Shown here piece by piece: positions 61,650 through 64,000 of a stretch of 64,000 bases of DNA. A model generated the notes under the pieces. The model was not told the DNA's origin, did not search any database, and saw nothing but the letters and a program-made list of their open reading frames with translations. Source of the stretch: Solobacterium sp. UBA3303 (GTDB lineage Bacteria; Bacillota_I; Bacilli_A; Erysipelotrichales; Erysipelotrichaceae); NCBI GenBank assembly GCA_002362065.1, contig DESX01000013.1:1567-65566 (forward strand), read 5' to 3'. The translations under genes were made by a program, and so were the position numbers. Numbering within the stretch: position 1 is the first letter of the stretch; each line of letters begins with the position of its first letter.

Positions 61650-62240
61650 TTACTCACCAAAGAGTCTCTTTAAAAGACCTTCGAGAGCCTTGCCGTGTCT
61701 TGCCTCATCTCTTGCCATCTCATGAACGGTGTCATGGATCGCATCGAGGTTGTACTTCTTTGCCAGAGTTGCGAGCTCAGTCTTGCCGGCTGTTGCGCCA
61801 TATTCGCAGTCAACTCTCCACTTGAGGTTGGCTTTGGTGGAAGCTGTCATATTCTTTTCAAGATCTGTTCCTAAGAGTTCAGCGAACTTGGCTGCATGTT
61901 CTGCTTCTTCGAAAGCGGCCTTTTCCCAATACAGACCAGCTTCAGGGTAGCCTTCTCTGTAGGCGACTCTTGACATTGCCAGGTACATGCCGACTTCAGA
62001 GCATTCACCGTTGAAGTTGGAGACCAGCTGGTCATAGATGTATTTCTTGTCGACATCCGGAATGCCCGGGTTGTTTTTGACAGTCTCGCCATAGACACCG
62101 AACTTGTGTTCAGCGGCAAGCTTCATCTCACCTTTGACTTCTTCGAAGTTTTCAGCACCTGTATGGCATACCGGACACTCAGCAGGGGCTGCATCTCCTT
62201 CATATACATAACCACAAACTTTACAAACAAATTTTGCCAT
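61650..62240 (-). CDS. Reverse rubrerythrin (N-terminal rubredoxin + ferritin-like domain)
   Basis: CKVCG...CPVC, EAEH, DEARH motifs; start ATG 62240. Confidence 0.92.
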   Translation of the reverse strand: MAKFVCKVCGYVYEGDAAPAECPVCHTGAENFEEVKGEMKLAAEHKFGVYGETVKNNPGIPDVDKKYIYDQLVSNFNGECSEVGMYLAMSRVAYREGYPEAGLYWEKAAFEEAEHAAKFAELLGTDLEKNMTASTKANLKWRVDCEYGATAGKTELATLAKKYNLDAIHDTVHEMARDEARHGKALEGLLKRLFGE

Positions 62241-62337
62241 TAGAATCTCTCCTTTTATTACCTCCATTATCTCATATTTTTAAAGAAATAGCTTTCCGTG
62301 ATACAATAAACATGTGCTTATATAGCTAAACATAATT

Positions 62338-63432
62338 ATGACAAAAAAGGAAAGAGAGATCCTTGAGATCATCAAGGAAGATCCGACGATCGAGCAGAGT
62401 GAGATCGCAAGGATCCTTTCGATCTCAAGAAGTACAGTTGCCGTTCATATCTCATCCCTGCAGAAAAAAGGATATCTTTTAGGCAAGGGCTACATCGTGG
62501 CGGAGGAAGACTATATCGTCGGGATCGGGGCTTCCAACGTCGACGTCTATGGAAAATCAAGGATCCCATTAAGGCCGCACTATGATCATCCGGCGGATAT
62601 CCTAACGTCTGTCGGCGGCGTGATGCACAACATCGTCACCAATTACACATTATTAGGCGGCAAGGCCCGCATGATCACGGCGATCGGCGATGACAGCTAT
62701 GGAAAGCTGATCTTGGAGGATTTCCGTCAGCATCAGATCGATATCTCCGAATCCGTCAAGGCAAGCGGACCATCCGGGGTTTTCATTCAGATACAGGATG
62801 AAAACAACGACATGCATATGGCGATCTGCGATATGTCTGTCTTAGATAAGATCACGCCCGACTTCATCGAATCCAAGCGAAAACTATTGACCAACGCAAG
62901 GCTCGTGGTCATCGATCCTTCCTTGTCGGAAGCATGTATCGAAAAGATCATTTCCATCTGCAAGTCCGTGACACCGATCTGCATCGATCCGATCTCGGAC
63001 AACTTCGCTTTGAAGATCAAGCCATACGTCAAAGACTTCGCTTTGATCAAGCCGAACCGCTATGAACTTGAAAAGCTCGCGGATATGAAGATCGAAACAA
63101 AGGCCGATATGGAAAAAGCCTGCAGGGTCCTGATCGGCCAGGGTTGCAAAAAGGTCCTGCTTTCTTTGGGAAAAGATGGTATCCTGTACATGGATGAAAA
63201 GACGAAGATCATCCGTCATTTCAAGGAAGAAAAGCACATGGTCAACGCTTCCGGAGCCGGTGATGCCTTAATGGCTTCGATGTTATATGGAATGGTCAAG
63301 GGATATACGATCTCTGACACCATCGACTTAGGGCTGGCGGCCGGCATTGCGGCGATACGCTCAAAGGAAGCGATCAATGAAGACTTATCAATCAAGCTTT
63401 TGAAGCAGATCATAAAGGAGAGTAAAAAATGA
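62338..63432 (+). CDS. psuK: HTH-fused PfkB kinase, probable pseudouridine kinase
   Basis: N-terminal wHTH, GG..HN, KPN..E, GAGD; adjacent to psuG. Confidence 0.82.
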   Translation: MTKKEREILEIIKEDPTIEQSEIARILSISRSTVAVHISSLQKKGYLLGKGYIVAEEDYIVGIGASNVDVYGKSRIPLRPHYDHPADILTSVGGVMHNIVTNYTLLGGKARMITAIGDDSYGKLILEDFRQHQIDISESVKASGPSGVFIQIQDENNDMHMAICDMSVLDKITPDFIESKRKLLTNARLVVIDPSLSEACIEKIISICKSVTPICIDPISDNFALKIKPYVKDFALIKPNRYELEKLADMKIETKADMEKACRVLIGQGCKKVLLSLGKDGILYMDEKTKIIRHFKEEKHMVNASGAGDALMASMLYGMVKGYTISDTIDLGLAAGIAAIRSKEAINEDLSIKLLKQIIKESKK

Positions 63433-64000
63433 ATTACCAGAAGTATTTATCCATCACACCGGAGATCGAAGAGGCATTAAAGGAAGGAAGACCTGTTGTT
63501 GCATTGGAGTCAACGATCCTTTCCCATGGCATGCCTTATCCCGAGAATATCGAATTTGCCCACAAGGTCGAAGAGATCGTCAGAGGCGAAGGCTGTATCC
63601 CGGCTACGACCGCGATCATCGGCGGCAAGCTCAAAGTCGGTCTGAATTCCGATGAACTTGAGCTCATGTGCAAGGGCGAAAACATCGCCAAGGCTTCAAG
63701 AAGAGACGTCGCCGTCTATCTTTCCAATGGCCAGACAGCCGCAACGACAGTCGCGACGACGATGCTGATCGCAGATATGGCAGGTATTCGTATCTTTGCG
63801 ACCGGCGGTATCGGCGGTGTGCACAGAGGTGCCCAGCAGACGATGGATATCTCAGCAGACCTGCAGGAATTTGCCCACACCAATGTCTGTGTCGTTTCCG
63901 CAGGATGCAAGTCGATCCTCGATATCGGCCTGACACTCGAATATCTTGAGACCTATGGTGTTCCGGTACTCGGCTATCAGACAGATGAGTTCCCGGCATT
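63429..64000 (+). CDS. psuG: Pseudouridine-5'-phosphate glycosidase (3'-truncated by the window; missing from the ORF track)
   Basis: Translates as [38 protein letters not shown]...TTVATT...[12 protein letters not shown]...DISADL...KSILD. Confidence 0.95.
   Translation, partial: MNYQKYLSITPEIEEALKEGRPVVALESTILSHGMPYPENIEFAHKVEEIVRGEGCIPATTAIIGGKLKVGLNSDELELMCKGENIAKASRRDVAVYLSNGQTAATTVATTMLIADMAGIRIFATGGIGGVHRGAQQTMDISADLQEFAHTNVCVVSAGCKSILDIGLTLEYLETYGVPVLGYQTDEFPA

Overview
Gene-dense chromosomal segment of a Gram-positive Bacillota anaerobe (Erysipelotrichales-like by gene content and style; tentative). It holds about 61 CDS and two tRNAs (Pro-CGG, Arg-TCT). I found no CRISPR array, transposase, integrase or prophage. 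Housekeeping and metabolic genes include gdhA, arcA-arcB-arcC, pyk, glnA, a divergent metG fused in an operon with mtnA, deoC and psuK-psuG. Most notable: (1) an 8-gene surface-polymer locus (35.2-44.3 kb) coupling VTC/polyphosphate-polymerase + DUF4956 + CotH kinase genes to a processive GT2 synthase, a HEAT protein and two glycoside-hydrolase-like proteins; (2) a nucleoside-catabolism locus (24.2-35.2 kb) with a deaminase, three tandem atypical nucleoside phosphorylases and a BMP-type ABC importer, preceded by an attenuator-like leader with two uORFs and containing a ~240-nt highly structured intergenic RNA candidate; (3) a stand-alone ArgZ/AgrE-type ornithine-cyclodeaminase-like gene facing an arcD-less arginine deiminase operon. 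All family calls come from motif recognition by eye; no database searches or folding programs were run.
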